A DNA stretch of 64,000 nucleotides, taken from the NCBI RefSeq assembly GCF_001194135.2, contig NC_068997.1, positions 51,308,296 through 51,372,295 on the forward strand. The letters are read 5' to 3'. A program made the translations under genes and the position numbers. The DNA comes from Octopus bimaculoides. Lineage: Eukaryota. Positions 14,926 to 26,006 of the stretch are shown here, in pieces. The stretch's first letter is position 1, and the number at the start of each line of letters is the position of its first letter. The notes beneath the pieces are model-generated. The model worked only from the letters and a program-made list of their open reading frames with translations, made no database searches and was not told the origin of the DNA.

Positions 14926-15406
14926 TGTCATCAATGTTGATTTTAATGTCCACTTTTCCATGCTTACCTGGGTCTGACAGAATTTGTTGAGATAGATTTT
15001 CTACAACTAGATGCTCTTCCTGTCACCAACCTGCACTTGTTTCCAAGCTAAATCATATTTCCACATGACTGAACATGTTATAGAAGATTGGAAGTGAATG
15101 ACACCAGCTTTTGGTTGACCTCCATGGCTACACAGCAGAAAACATTTAGCGTTCCGATAATTCTGTCAAATTTACTGCTTATTTATTCACATTGTTTTGA
15201 ATTAGTCATGCATCATCTTGAAGTTTTGAGATTTGCACGATGTGATTGTTTATTTTTAGAAGGACATTGAAGGGTAGGTGTGAGAGGCTGGATCTGGCCA
15301 GTTTGAACATGAAACAGAATATTTGCAGGATATGACTGGTTTAATCCTTTAGCATTCAGATTTTCTCTGTACAAATGTAATGGTTGTCTATTCAGATTGC
15401 TTTGAA

Positions 15407-15705
15407 TTAACCCATTACCTACCAGTGATCTCATATGAGATCACTTAAAAATTACAAATTTCGTAATTATCTGTCAATATTTACACATATCTAACCTTTT
15501 TGCTATATCTACTAGGTATATTTCTCTGATATTCAAATGAGGTTTGCTAATTTTTCACCCAATATCTCGCTTATTTCTATTTAAAATGTTAGTTTGAAAT
15601 GTTATTTTGATCATTCCAGCGTGTTTTTACGGCTGTTTTATGCTAGAAATCAAAGTTTCATAAAACAAATTCCAGTTAATAGAATTATAGGAGGTAATGG
15701 GTTAA
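15407..15705. mobile_element. Second piggyBac-type MITE, 10-bp TIRs and TTAA TSD
   Basis: TTAA-CCCATTACCT (15411-15420) ... AGGTAATGGG (15692-15701)-TTAA: perfect TIR plus duplicated TTAA. Confidence 0.85.
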
Positions 15706-15787
15706 TCATTCATTATCTCAGAGCTTTAAGATTTTCAAGATGTAACTGTTTAGTTTTAGAAGGACATCGAAATTGAACTAAATTCAC

Positions 15788-16226
15788 CGACTGGCACCCA
15801 TGTCAACATCGTCTCCTTCATTGGACACAAAACTCGGCTTGCGAAGACCTGTTGGGGCAAGAGAAACCATGATGGCACCTGTGCCCAGCGTCGCTTTTCT
15901 GGCACTTGTGCTCATGGCACGTGTAAAGACTTTCGAGCGTGATTGTTGCCAGTGCCGCTGGACTGGCTCTTGTGCAGGTGGTACGTAAAATACACCATTT
16001 TGAGCGTGGCCGTTGCCAGTACCACCTGACTGACCTTCGTGCCGGTGGCACGTAAAAGCACCCAATACACTCTCGGAGTGGTTGGCGTTAGGAAGGGCAT
16101 CCAGCTGTAGAAACTCTGCCAAATCAGATTGGAGCTTGGTGTAGCCATCTGGTTCGCCAGTCCTCAGTCAAATCATCCAACCCATGCTAGCATGGCAAGC
16201 AGACGTTAAATGATGATGATGATGAT
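15788..16226 (+). mobile_element. (GAT)n-tailed retroposon
   Basis: Internal subrepeats gtggcacgtaaaagcacc / cgagcgtgg..gttgccag and tail cccatgctagcatgg...gttaaatgatgatgat. Confidence 0.8.
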
Positions 16227-16429
16227 TGTAGAGTAGGTGTGAGAAGCTGGATATGGTAGTTTGAACCTAAAACAGGTAGGATATTTTGTCCCAATATGGG
16301 CGGTTTGGATGCTAAATGGTTAAAGCACTTTGCAGCCAAACTGAAAAAAATCTCAGAATTCCCAATCGTGTTGAGATACGAACTTCTCAAACTGCACAGC
16401 TACGATGATTTAAAACAATAAAATAAAAT

Positions 16430-16700
16430 AAAATAAAATTTAAAACAAAACGAAACGAAAACAAAATAGAGCCTCGCAAACGCATAAAATCAAGCGGATG
16501 TTGAAATAGTTGTTAGTGACGATATATAAAAGTCAACATCCACCCGCAATTATCAAAACACCCCGACATCGTTCTCTCCTGCTTGGAAAGATCAACCAAT
16601 GTTATTATATTTACTCGTTCGACTTCCATTTCGGTTTAACTGCTGTAATGGTTTGATGTACAGTTTACGCTGTTTCTTTTGAGGTGATGTAATCAGTATG
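16430..16700 (+). promoter_or_regulatory. CpG-retaining unique segment with candidate TATA box
   Basis: TATATAAAAG at 16523-16532, many intact CpGs, and a short inverted repeat gcggatgttga / tcaacatcc flanking the TATA. No expression evidence. Confidence 0.3.
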
Positions 16701-16704
<4 letters not shown>

Positions 16705-16732
<28 letters not shown>

Positions 16733-17420
16733 GTTGCTCTCGTTGCTGTTGCTGTTGTTGTGGTCTCTCGACAGATCACTACCAGCTGCTTGTATTGTTT
16801 ACTCTGAAGAACATGGACATTCGTATTGAGACATGGTAACTGGAATAAGGATGATAATGGTGGTGGTGGTGGTGGTAGTGGTTGAGAGGGGGGGGCAGTA
16901 ATATGGTGATGGTGGTGGTAGTGGTGGTGGTGATAGTGATGGTGATAATCGTGGTAGTAATGGTTGTGGTAGTTGAGTTGGTGTTGGTGATCATGTTATT
17001 GTTGGAGGTGGTAGTAGTAGTGATAGTAGTGGTTGTGGTGGTTGGCGTAGTGGGCATGGTAATAGTTGCATTATTGGTGGTGATGTTTGTGTTATTGTTT
17101 GTGGTAGCAGTAGTGATAGTAGCGGTGGTAGTGGTCATGTTAAGAGTTGGTGTGTCGGTGGTAGTGGTGATAGTATTGTTGTTGTGCTGGTGTTGGTAGC
17201 TGTAGAGTTATTGGTCTTGGTGGTAGTGGTGGTGGTGATAGTATTGGCTGTAAGTGATGGAGGAAGCAGTGGTGATAATAATGATTGTAGTGGTACTAGT
17301 GTTAGTGGTGACGACAGGGGTGGGGAATGTCAAGCTGGTAGAGATTCTTTGAATGATGATGATGATGGTGGTGGTGGTTGTGTTGGTGGTGGTGGTGATG
17401 GGGCTGTTGGTTGTAGTAAA
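16705..17420. repeat. (GGT/GTT/AGT)n degenerate triplet tract
   Basis: Direct inspection; source of the poly-V and poly-T pseudo-ORFs. Confidence 0.9.
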
Positions 17421-17708
17421 GGTAGCGTAAGTATAAAAATGTTAAATAAACAAAACCTGGGTACTTTCGATGTTGTTGTTGTCGTTGTTGATGTTGTATC
17501 TGCACCAGATGCGGAGTAATTTCGACTGGGACTGAAGTGGTTTTGACCAATTAACACATCAACACATGCATGTGTATGTATGTGTATATATAAACACACA
17601 CACACATACATATATGCTGTAGAATATATGTATTTATGCTGGGGTAGGCTCTGTTCCTTCTCTATGCCAGAATACACATATACACACACATATACATATA
17701 TGAATAAT

Positions 17709-18230
17709 TACGAGGTTGAGGAAAAAGTTTGTGCGCCATGTTAAAATAATGATTTTTTTAATGTGAGAATTTATTCAAAAACATCAACAACTATTCTTCA
17801 AAATGAAGGCCATCATGTTCCATGACCTTCTGCCAATGATCTGCAAGCTTTTGGATTTGGTCAAAGTACCAATCCTTCGGCTTCGAATTGAAAAATTCTT
17901 GACAGGCTTCTTCAAATGACTTGAATCGGTGACCTTTCATAAAGTGCTGCATTGATCAGAAGAGACCATAGTCAGATGGAACAACGTCTGGACTAAAGGC
18001 TGCATGTGGCAGAACTTCCACACTGTCCAATTCTTCAATCTTGTTACTAGTCTTTCTGGTGGTGTGCGGCTTTGCATTGCCTTGTTGAAACAAAGCATGT
18101 TTTTGATGAACAAGTCTTGGCTACTTTTCAACCAGCGCATTGTAGATTCGATTAAGTTGTTTGCAATAAAGTTCAGCATTGATGGTGCAACCGTTCAGCA
18201 CAAGTTCAATGCACAAACTCTTTCCTTTAG
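17709..18230 (-). pseudogene. Mariner (DD34D) transposase C-terminal remnant with 3' TIR
   Basis: Minus strand reads ...TINAELYCKQLNRIYNALVEK*PRLVHQKHALFQQGNAKPH...PHAAFSPDVVPSDYGLF*SMQHF...WQKVMEHDGLHFEE* (stop at 17791-17793), matching mariner HDNARPH and YSPDLAPSDY. TIR-like tacgaggttgaggaaaaagt at 17709. Two in-frame stops and a D>G change at the second catalytic Asp. Confidence 0.9.
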
Positions 18231-18376
18231 TGACAGAAGCAGTATTAGTATCAAAAAGCAATCTTTATATCCAACTTAGCATGGACATTGCATGAGAACA
18301 AAGAATACTGTGTTATTTACCCTGAGGGGGCCTTTCATCGATATGCATGATGCACAAAAGCACTCATATTTGTTGT

Positions 18377-18809
18377 GTTGGCAGACAAAAATCATCTGCT
18401 ATGGGCCCCAGATCTGCCAGATCATGTGATTTCAATGTGGACAGTCTCTGCAGTGGTAGCCGTATACAGCCAAACCTCACTGCCAGGGATATATAGAATT
18501 TCAGTGTCTATTCAGTCACTGATGTCACAAATAGCTAATGGGCTGATTAAAAAATAATTATCTGTAATAGAAGTGGTATAAATGCCAAAGGGCAATCTTG
18601 ATATCCAACTTAACGTGGATGTCACTGATGATTATTTTTTAATGAGCTTATTGGTTATTTGTGACACAAATGAGATTCCATATATCATTGGCAGTGAGAT
18701 TTGACTGTATGCAGCTTATTGGATGTCTGCCACTGACGGGGTAGGACATGTTGAAGTCATGCGATCTGGCAGCTCTGGTGCTCATAGCAGACAATTCTTC
18801 TCTACCAGC
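18377..18809. mobile_element. Foldback MITE with ~185-bp inverted arms
   Basis: Arms 18377-18562 and 18627-18809 align in reverse complement (tctgctatg.g..ccaga.ctgccagatc, ctcactgcca..gatatat.gaat, gtcacaaata, attaaaaaataat), roughly 75-80% identical by eye. Confidence 0.8.
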
Positions 18810-19214
18810 AATATCATCATCAACATCATCATCATCATAACGTAAGATGAATAACGATAATGTGATTGGATAATAACTTTATAAATGAACAAAGAAAACA
18901 ATGTGACAATTCCAAACTGAAGTGTAAAATGGCAAGCTGCAACTTCAATTGTCCACGATGCAAAATGAACCATCTCTCTGTACTACAGCCAGCACACTAA
19001 GATGAACAGATTCAATTCACAACAATGACTCGATGTATATGTAATGTCACCTGATATAGTCCCCTTCAGACAAATCAATGTAAGCTTAAATATAAATGAT
19101 GTGGGAGTGAAAGACATCACATGATAGAATCATGTCCACTGATTGGATGACACTTAATAAACAGTGTTTTGTGTTGAAACAACTGGAGTTGTCTCAATCA
19201 TCAGTTAACATCCA

Positions 19215-19309
19215 TTTGCAATCATGAGAAGTCTTCTCCTCTACAAAAGCCCCGGTCTAACTGAAGCCTTGTGAGTAGATTTGGGAGACTGAACCTGAAA
19301 AGGGCCCAT

Positions 19310-19359
<50 letters not shown>

Positions 19360-19612
19360 TATGTCTCCTTGCCTTGACTTCATATGATAGTTATAAATGG
19401 GTGTTACCATCATGCAAATAGTGTCCCTAATTTCCAGTCTTCCATAAAAACATGTCTGGCTGTAAGAGAAATGTTACCTTACTTGAAAATGGGTGAGGGT
19501 TGGTGACAGGAAAGCATTTGGCTGCCACAGAAAACTGACTTTAGCAAATTCTGTCTGACTCAAAGAAGCACGAAAAAGTAAACATTAAAATTATGATGAT
19601 GATGATGATGAT
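19215..19612 (+). mobile_element. SINE family A 5' half joined to a (GAT)n-ending tail
   Basis: aagccttgtgagtagatttgg...(GT)n...ccttgacttcatatgatag...aggaaagcatttggc...ttaaaattatgatgatgat. Similar at 48300-49165 (+) and 43520-43800 (-). Confidence 0.65.
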
Positions 19613-20640
19613 TATATATGTGTGTGTGTTTGTGTGTGTGTATTTATATTGTTGATTCTGCTTAATTGGATAACTTTTCAAATCATAGAACTATTTAGCA
19701 GTGTCAAATATACATAAAATTGATCAGTTAATTGCATATGCAAATAAAGTCAATTTTAATTGATTGCATAAAGATCTGTTGTGATTTTTTTTTTTGTTCT
19801 AGTAAAAAACATAAATTGGTGAAATGTAGCATGAAATTGTGTATGATTACTTCAAATAATGAATGAAAATGACAGTCTTTAGTACTTTGTGTTTACTAAC
19901 GACCAATGTAAAAAAAAAATAATTCAAATATATTCAATATACTTTTACCATTTCAATGAATTCGAAAACTATCAAAGATAATATTCCAGTGAAGTGATTT
20001 TTAATTGTGTAATAAAATTCTTCAATAAATTAAATCTCTTGCCATCATCATCACCACTGTTCATATTTAACATTTGTTTTTCCCTGCTGACATGGCTTGG
20101 ACAGTTTGACAGGAGCTGACAGGATTAAGGGTTGCACCAAGCTCCGTTGTTGACTTGGTATGGCTTCTATAGCCGATGAACTGGGTGTTTTTTACATAGC
20201 ACAAGCATTTGTGGGGTCACCAAGTAATTTTCAAGACAGACCCTTAACTAAGTTGAATAGGGAGTAGCTTTGAGAGAGGTGGTTTTTCTGCCAAGGGATG
20301 AATAGAGGGGATAGAAATGGACATCTTGCTCTGGATGGCCACCCCTGTTGGAAAAGTGAGATGGAAAGAGAGAGAGAGACAAAAAAAAAAACGAGAGAAG
20401 ATGGGGGTAAAGATATGTTGGACCATGTCTTCAAGTTACAGAAAGGTGAAGATAAATGAGAAGGTACAAAGGCTCGGGCAGGGTGAGAGGATCAGTAATT
20501 TCACAGATGTATGAAAGGAAAATGTAAGGCAAAGGGGAGAGAAAGGCAAACATTTGTCAAGAGTTAACTGCCAAGGTTGACTTTGCCTTTAATCCATTTG
20601 GGGTCGATAAGAATAAGTACCGGTCAAGTACTGGGGTCAA

Positions 20641-20844
20641 TCACGTCCGTATCAGGACAATTACTCCCCCCCCCCATAGGACAGTTCTTCCCCGATAACA
20701 ACTACCCCTAGGACAGTTCCCTCACCCATTGGTTAATTACCCCTTCTCCAATATATTAAGAAGTTTTAAATCATCATCTGTTGTCCTCAGGGGTAACTGT
20801 CCTTTGTGGGGTTATTGTCGATGGGTGGTAAATATCCAAGACTC
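20641..20844. mobile_element. Small MITE inserted into a family B SINE
   Basis: Subterminal repeats ggacaattac / ggacagtt on the left and aactgtcc / tattgtc on the right. The SINE B sequence is interrupted at 20640 and resumes near 20845. Confidence 0.45.
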
Positions 20845-20870
20845 ATTACATCCACTAATCCTGTCTTGCT

Positions 20871-21101
20871 AAATTTCAGGCCGTGTGCCCATAGAAGAAA
20901 GGATTGTTTCATTCAGGGGTGAGCGGTGAGTTGGCAGAACTGTTAATACACCAGACAAAATGCTGCTAAAAAAGGATTAGGGTTGATGTAATCAACCCTA
21001 ATCCTCTAAGCATTTTGTCTGGTGTATCAACAATTTTGCCAACTCACTGCTTGCCCCTGATGAAATAATCCTTTCTTCTAAGGGCACAAGGACTGAAATT
21101 T
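20871..21101. repeat. ~230-bp palindrome built from SINE B parts
   Basis: Perfect 15-bp stem AGGATTAGGGTTGAT-gta-ATCAACCCTAATCCT (20973-21005), extended by imperfect arms to aaatttcag / ctgaaattt. Confidence 0.85.
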
Positions 21102-22355
21102 AGCGAGAGAGGACTAGTCAATTACACTGGCCCTAATACTTTATGTTCGCTATGTTCTGAGTTCAAATTTCACCAAGGTCATGTTTGCCCTTCATCCTTT
21201 TGGGGGCGATAAAATAAATATCAGTTGAGCTCTGGTGCCAATGTAATAGGCTTACTCCCTTACTCCCTGCCCCAAAATTGCTTGCTTTGTGCCAAAATTC
21301 GAAACCAGTGAAGCAAAGCGCCACTAATAAGACGTAAAGAAATCGGCACAAAAAATATGAGTGAATTCACTTATCGTTAAGGAGTGCCAGGAATTTAAAG
21401 TAATCTGAAAGGGTAACTCTACCCTACATGGCTTAACAGTGGCACTAAGAAAGGACAAACCAGGTACTATGATGACTGCAAAGGAGGAGTGAGTACTAGG
21501 AGTACCTAGGGGTACCTAGGGGTACCTAGATAAGGGATGTCAGATAAGGATTATGCTAGTAATCTACCAAATGCTAAGGGATTACAACCAAGAGAGTGGT
21601 TGAGTGGTTTGGTTAAAAGTCAAAATGCTGGCAGGAAATTTTAGTGAAGTGATAAGAGCAGAATGTGGTTAGGGGTCTTAAGGTACCCCCTAAGCCTACC
21701 TAAATGGCCGCCTTTCATTATTGCCCTTGTTTATTTTATTTGTATTTTAGTTTCAATTTATGCGCATTTGTTTTATTTTATTTGTTTTTATACATTTATT
21801 ATTAACATATAAATCTTTTAATACACATATATCTATCATACACAATATATATACACATATAGAAATACACACACTCACACATATGAATACACACGCACAT
21901 ACATACATATACAGACATACCCACACACACTGTTATAACTTTTGCAATGTGCTTTGTATTAAATGTACAAGTCCTTGTGGCAAATCAACGAAAGAATTCT
22001 TCTACTACTACTGCTACTGCTGCAGCTCCTACCACCACCACCATCATCATCATCTTTATCATCTTCATCATCATCATCATCATCATCTTTATCATCATCA
22101 TCATGATCATCATCATCATCATCAGTTGAATTTTCCAAATAGCCACCAGTTTCCCTCACGAAGAAATAGAGAAATGAAATGTCAGAGAATTAGAATGTCA
22201 TTCTCAATATTTCTATAAATTCTAAAGACTAACCATTTCTGTCTGGCGTAACCATGACGGCACCGTAGACCTCAGGTTAAATCTTCTGTTCACCATTCAC
22301 CTTTAACGAAATGATGTAAGAATATTAATGATCAAGCTATTCATTTGGCTATCCA

Positions 22356-22386
<31 letters not shown>

Positions 22387-22989
22387 NNNNNNNNNNNNNN
22401 NNNNNNNNNNNNNNNNNNNNNNNNNNNNNNNNNNNNNNNNNNNNNNNNNNNNNNNNNNNNNNNNNNNNNNNNNNNNNNNNNNNNNNNNNNNNNNNNNNNN
22501 NNNNNNNNNNNNNNNNNNNNNNNNNNNNNNNNNNNNNNNNNNNNNNNNNNNNNNNNNNNNNNNNNNNNNNNNNNNNNNNNNNNNNNNNNNNNNNNNNNNN
22601 NNNNNNNNNNNNNNNNNNNNNNNNNNNNNNNNNNNNNNNNNNNNNNNNNNNNNNNNNNNNNNNNNNNNNNNNNNNNNNNNNNNNNNNNNNNNNNNNNNNN
22701 NNNNNNNNNNNNNNNNNNNNNNNNNNNNNNNNNNNNNNNNNNNNNNNNNNNNNNNNNNNNNNNNNNNNNNNNNNNNNNNNNNNNNNNNNNNNNNNNNNNN
22801 NNNNNNNNNNNNNNNNNNNNNNNNNNNNNNNNNNNNNNNNNNNNNNNNNNNNNNNNNNNNNNNNNNNNNNNNNNNNNNNNNNNNNNNNNNNNNNNNNNNN
22901 NNNNNNNNNNNNNNNNNNNNNNNNNNNNNNNNNNNNNNNNNNNNNNNNNNNNNNNNNNNNNNNNNNNNNGGTCAATCATATATATATAT

Positions 22990-23560
22990 CGATCACATGT
23001 TTATATTTTCTCATGATCTACCTGGTCGTATTACCTGGGTAGCAAAACTGCTTTAACCTCTTCAGCTGTCTGTCTATCTTTCTCCTTCCCTCTCTCTCTC
23101 TCCCCACTCTCTCTCTCCCCACTCTCTCTCTCCCCACTCTCTCTCTCCCTACCTATCTATCTACCTATCAACAGCACCTATATACTTTCTCGTTATCTAC
23201 CTGGTTGTATTACCTTGGTAGCAAAACTGCTCTAACTTCTTCAGCTGTCTGTCTGTCTGTCTGTCTGGGAGAGGGAGGAAGAGAGAAACAGTCTGACTGT
23301 CTCTCTCTTCCTCCCTCTCCCTACCCCTACTCACCTATCTATCTACCTATCCATAGCACCTATATGCTTTCTCGTGGTCTACCTGGTTGTATTACCTGGG
23401 TGGCAAAACTACTCTAACTTCTTTAACTATCTGTCTAACTGCCTCTCTCTCTCTCTCTCTTTCCCTTTCTCCTTTTCCCCACCTATCTATCTACCTGTCC
23501 ATAGCACCTATACGCTTTCTCGTTATCAACCTGATTGTATTACCTGGGTAGCCAAACCAC
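22990..23560. repeat. Tandem array of ~150-180 bp units (4 cores)
   Basis: The core tctacctggttgtattacctgggtagcaaaac recurs near 23015, 23195, 23375 and 23525, separated by (CT)n/(CTAT)n spacers. Confidence 0.85.
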
Positions 23561-23744
23561 TTTAACAAATATTTCCTATATTAGAAGTTTAAGTATCTGT
23601 CAAAAAAGAAAAAAAAAAATAACATGAGAAATTCTTGCCAGTCATTCAAATGTCTATTTAGGTAATATTCTTGTATCAGACTCCCAATTAGAATTTTATT
23701 CTTGTTTTTCTTTCTTGAGCAGAAAATTCTAGAAAACATTATTT

Positions 23745-23882
23745 ACATTATTTACATTTGACGGATATTTGTCCTTATCTTGTTTGTTCTTAACACAACG
23801 TTTCGGCTGATATATCCTCCAGCCTTCATCAGGTATCTTGGGGAAATTTCGAACCTGGGTTCTCATTCATAAGGTATTTTTC
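23745..23882 (-). mobile_element. Hammerhead module, truncated copy
   Basis: Reverse complement of aaaaataccttatgaatgagaacccaggttcgaaatttccccaag...aaatgtaaataatgt. Confidence 0.8.
23792..23837 (-). ncRNA. Minimal type I hammerhead ribozyme motif, intact core
   Basis: Minus strand: GATAC CTGATGA a GGCTG gaggatatat CAGCC GAAA CG T T GTGTT. Both core segments are intact, stem II has 5 bp, the ACGT stem III is palindromic, and stem I pairs with G-U wobbles. Confidence 0.7.
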
Positions 23883-23968
23883 CAATTAGTTCGATTCCTG
23901 CCTTGAAGAATTTGATTAAAATTCTTCAAGGCAGTGCCCCAGCTACATACACACACACACACACACAT

Positions 23969-24020
<52 letters not shown>

Positions 24021-25766
24021 CTTTGTGAAGGGAGGGAGTGATAAGCAGGGAAATCTTGCTAAACAGCCAAATCAACCATAAAAACACATCACGGGCCCTG
24101 CTCATCAAATCATTGCTGACCCCTGAACATTTCTGATAGTAACCTAAAGTAAATAAGTAAATAAATAAGCAGATAAAAAAATAAATAAATAAATAATGGT
24201 GATGATGATGGTTCTATCAAATGTCTAAACATGCCGAATTTTCTCTTTCCCTGCCATTCAAGCAAAATTCTAACACGGAATAAAGTGAGAGGGCAAAAAT
24301 GAAAGGAGAGAGAAAGCTGAGAGATAAAAGGGAAACCTTTTGACTTCATCATAAATTCTGTTTTATTTCTTAGAAACATGGTCTTTGGAAAAATTTCTCT
24401 ACTTACTTTAGCACTGAGTTCTTCACTAAATTGATTTAAAGGGGAAAAAAAAAAATGTCAGTGGGAAGAATCACAAGTAGAAAAAGATGTAAACTTAAAT
24501 ATATCTTAAGACTTAAATTTATGTGTATGTGTGTGTATATATATATATATATATACAAGTGTGTGTGTATACATTTGTATATGTGTGTGTGTGTATACAT
24601 GAATGTATACATATGTATATGTAAGTTAAATATATGTGTATGATTGTGTTTATATGTATGTATACATGTATGTATGTGCGTACATATATGTATGTGCGTA
24701 CATATATGTATGTGTGTGTATATGTATATTTGTGTGTGTGTATGCATACATACATATGTATGTGTAAGTGCGCAAATAAATATATACATACATATATACA
24801 CACACATATATGTATACATATATGTACACACACACACATATGTATGTATACATACATACACACNNNNNNNNNNNNNNNNNNNNNNNNNNNNNNNNNNNNN
24901 NNNNNNNNNNNNNNNNNNNNNNNNNNNNNNNNNNNNNNNNNNNNNNNNNNNNNNNNNNNNNNNNNNNNNNNNNNNNNNNNNNNNNNNNNNNNNNNNNNNN
25001 NNNNNNNNNNNNNNNNNNNNNNNNNNNNNNNNNNNNNNNNNNNNNNNNNNNNNNNNNNNNNNNNNNNNNNNNNNNNNNNNNNNNNNGAAGGTTGTTTTTT
25101 TTAAACCTTTTTTTAATGTTTTTTAGTGGTTTTAAAAATGTCAAAATAAAGATTTAACTCCCCCCCCCACCAATAAACAAACAATATAAGACATTAAATA
25201 AAAAAGGAAAAAAGAAAAAAGGTAAAGACTTTTATTTTGTACTTTGCAGGATTTGAAGAATCCAGAAATATTGCCAATTCCTTGAAGAGTTAGTTTTTGT
25301 GGTAGGTAGGTGATGAGGCTACAATGGTAAAACTATGTTAAGGTTCCTTTAGTACTACTGTAGGGTCACTTATACCACCAGCACCACCACCTTCATCACC
25401 ATCACCACTACCCCTACCAACACTACCTTCATCACCACCACTACCACAAACATTACCTTTACCACCACCAACACTACCTTCATCACCACCACCATCACTA
25501 TAGTAGCTGTAGTGCCTGCCTATGCCTCCATATATATATATATATATATATACACACATGCACACACACGTGTTTGCGGGTAGGTGCAAAACGGGGGTGG
25601 GGGAGAAGAAATCGTACTCAAGTACCAAAAGTAGAGTAAGGTATTGTATTGAAGCTGAAAATTCTTCACATACTGTTACACAGAGTTTCACGTGTCTTGA
25701 TCATCAGACAGCCGTATTTACTTACACTGAGTGTCAACCAAGAGCCCCCCACTCATATACAATGCC

Positions 25767-25823
25767 CATGGGTATATGGCGTAGTGGTTAAGAGAAGATT
25801 CTGAGTTTGATTCCAGGTAGTGA

Positions 25824-25855
<32 letters not shown>

Positions 25856-26006
25856 CTAATAACAACAACTTTGGAAAAATACATTAGGAATGAGAACCCA
25901 GGCTCGAAATTTCGCCAAGTCACCTGATGAAGGCTGGAGGGTATATCAGCCGAAACGTTTTCTAACAACAAACAAGATGAGGACAAATATCTGTCAAATG
26001 TAAATA
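25767..26006 (+). mobile_element. Composite tRNA-head/(AAT)n/hammerhead SINE-like element with 12-bp TSD
   Basis: A box TGGCGTAGTGG, B box GAGTTTGATTCC, (aat)n and the hammerhead module. Flanked by atatacaatgcc (25755-25766) and atatacagtgcc (26007-26018). Confidence 0.8.
25919..25964 (+). ncRNA. Minimal hammerhead motif (core intact, stem I disrupted)
   Basis: gtcac CTGATGA a GGCTG gagggtatat CAGCC GAAA CGTT ttcta. Confidence 0.55.

Larger units (their letters stand above)
15341..16323 (+). mobile_element. piggyBac-type MITE (TTAA-bounded) hosting two nested insertions
   Basis: Starts ttaatcctttagcattc and ends gatgctaaatggttaa. The internal sequence resumes across the insertions at 15706 and 16227. 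Same family at ~15140-15340, 28669-29538 and ~54790-54960 (-). Confidence 0.7.

Noticed and set aside
21495-21530. GGTACCTAGG x3 short palindromic repeat
   Set aside because: Too short to distinguish from local slippage.
13700-23560. Repeat arrays (13700-14925, 22990-23560) as CRISPR-like
   Set aside because: Eukaryotic context, degenerate units, microsatellite spacers and no cas genes.
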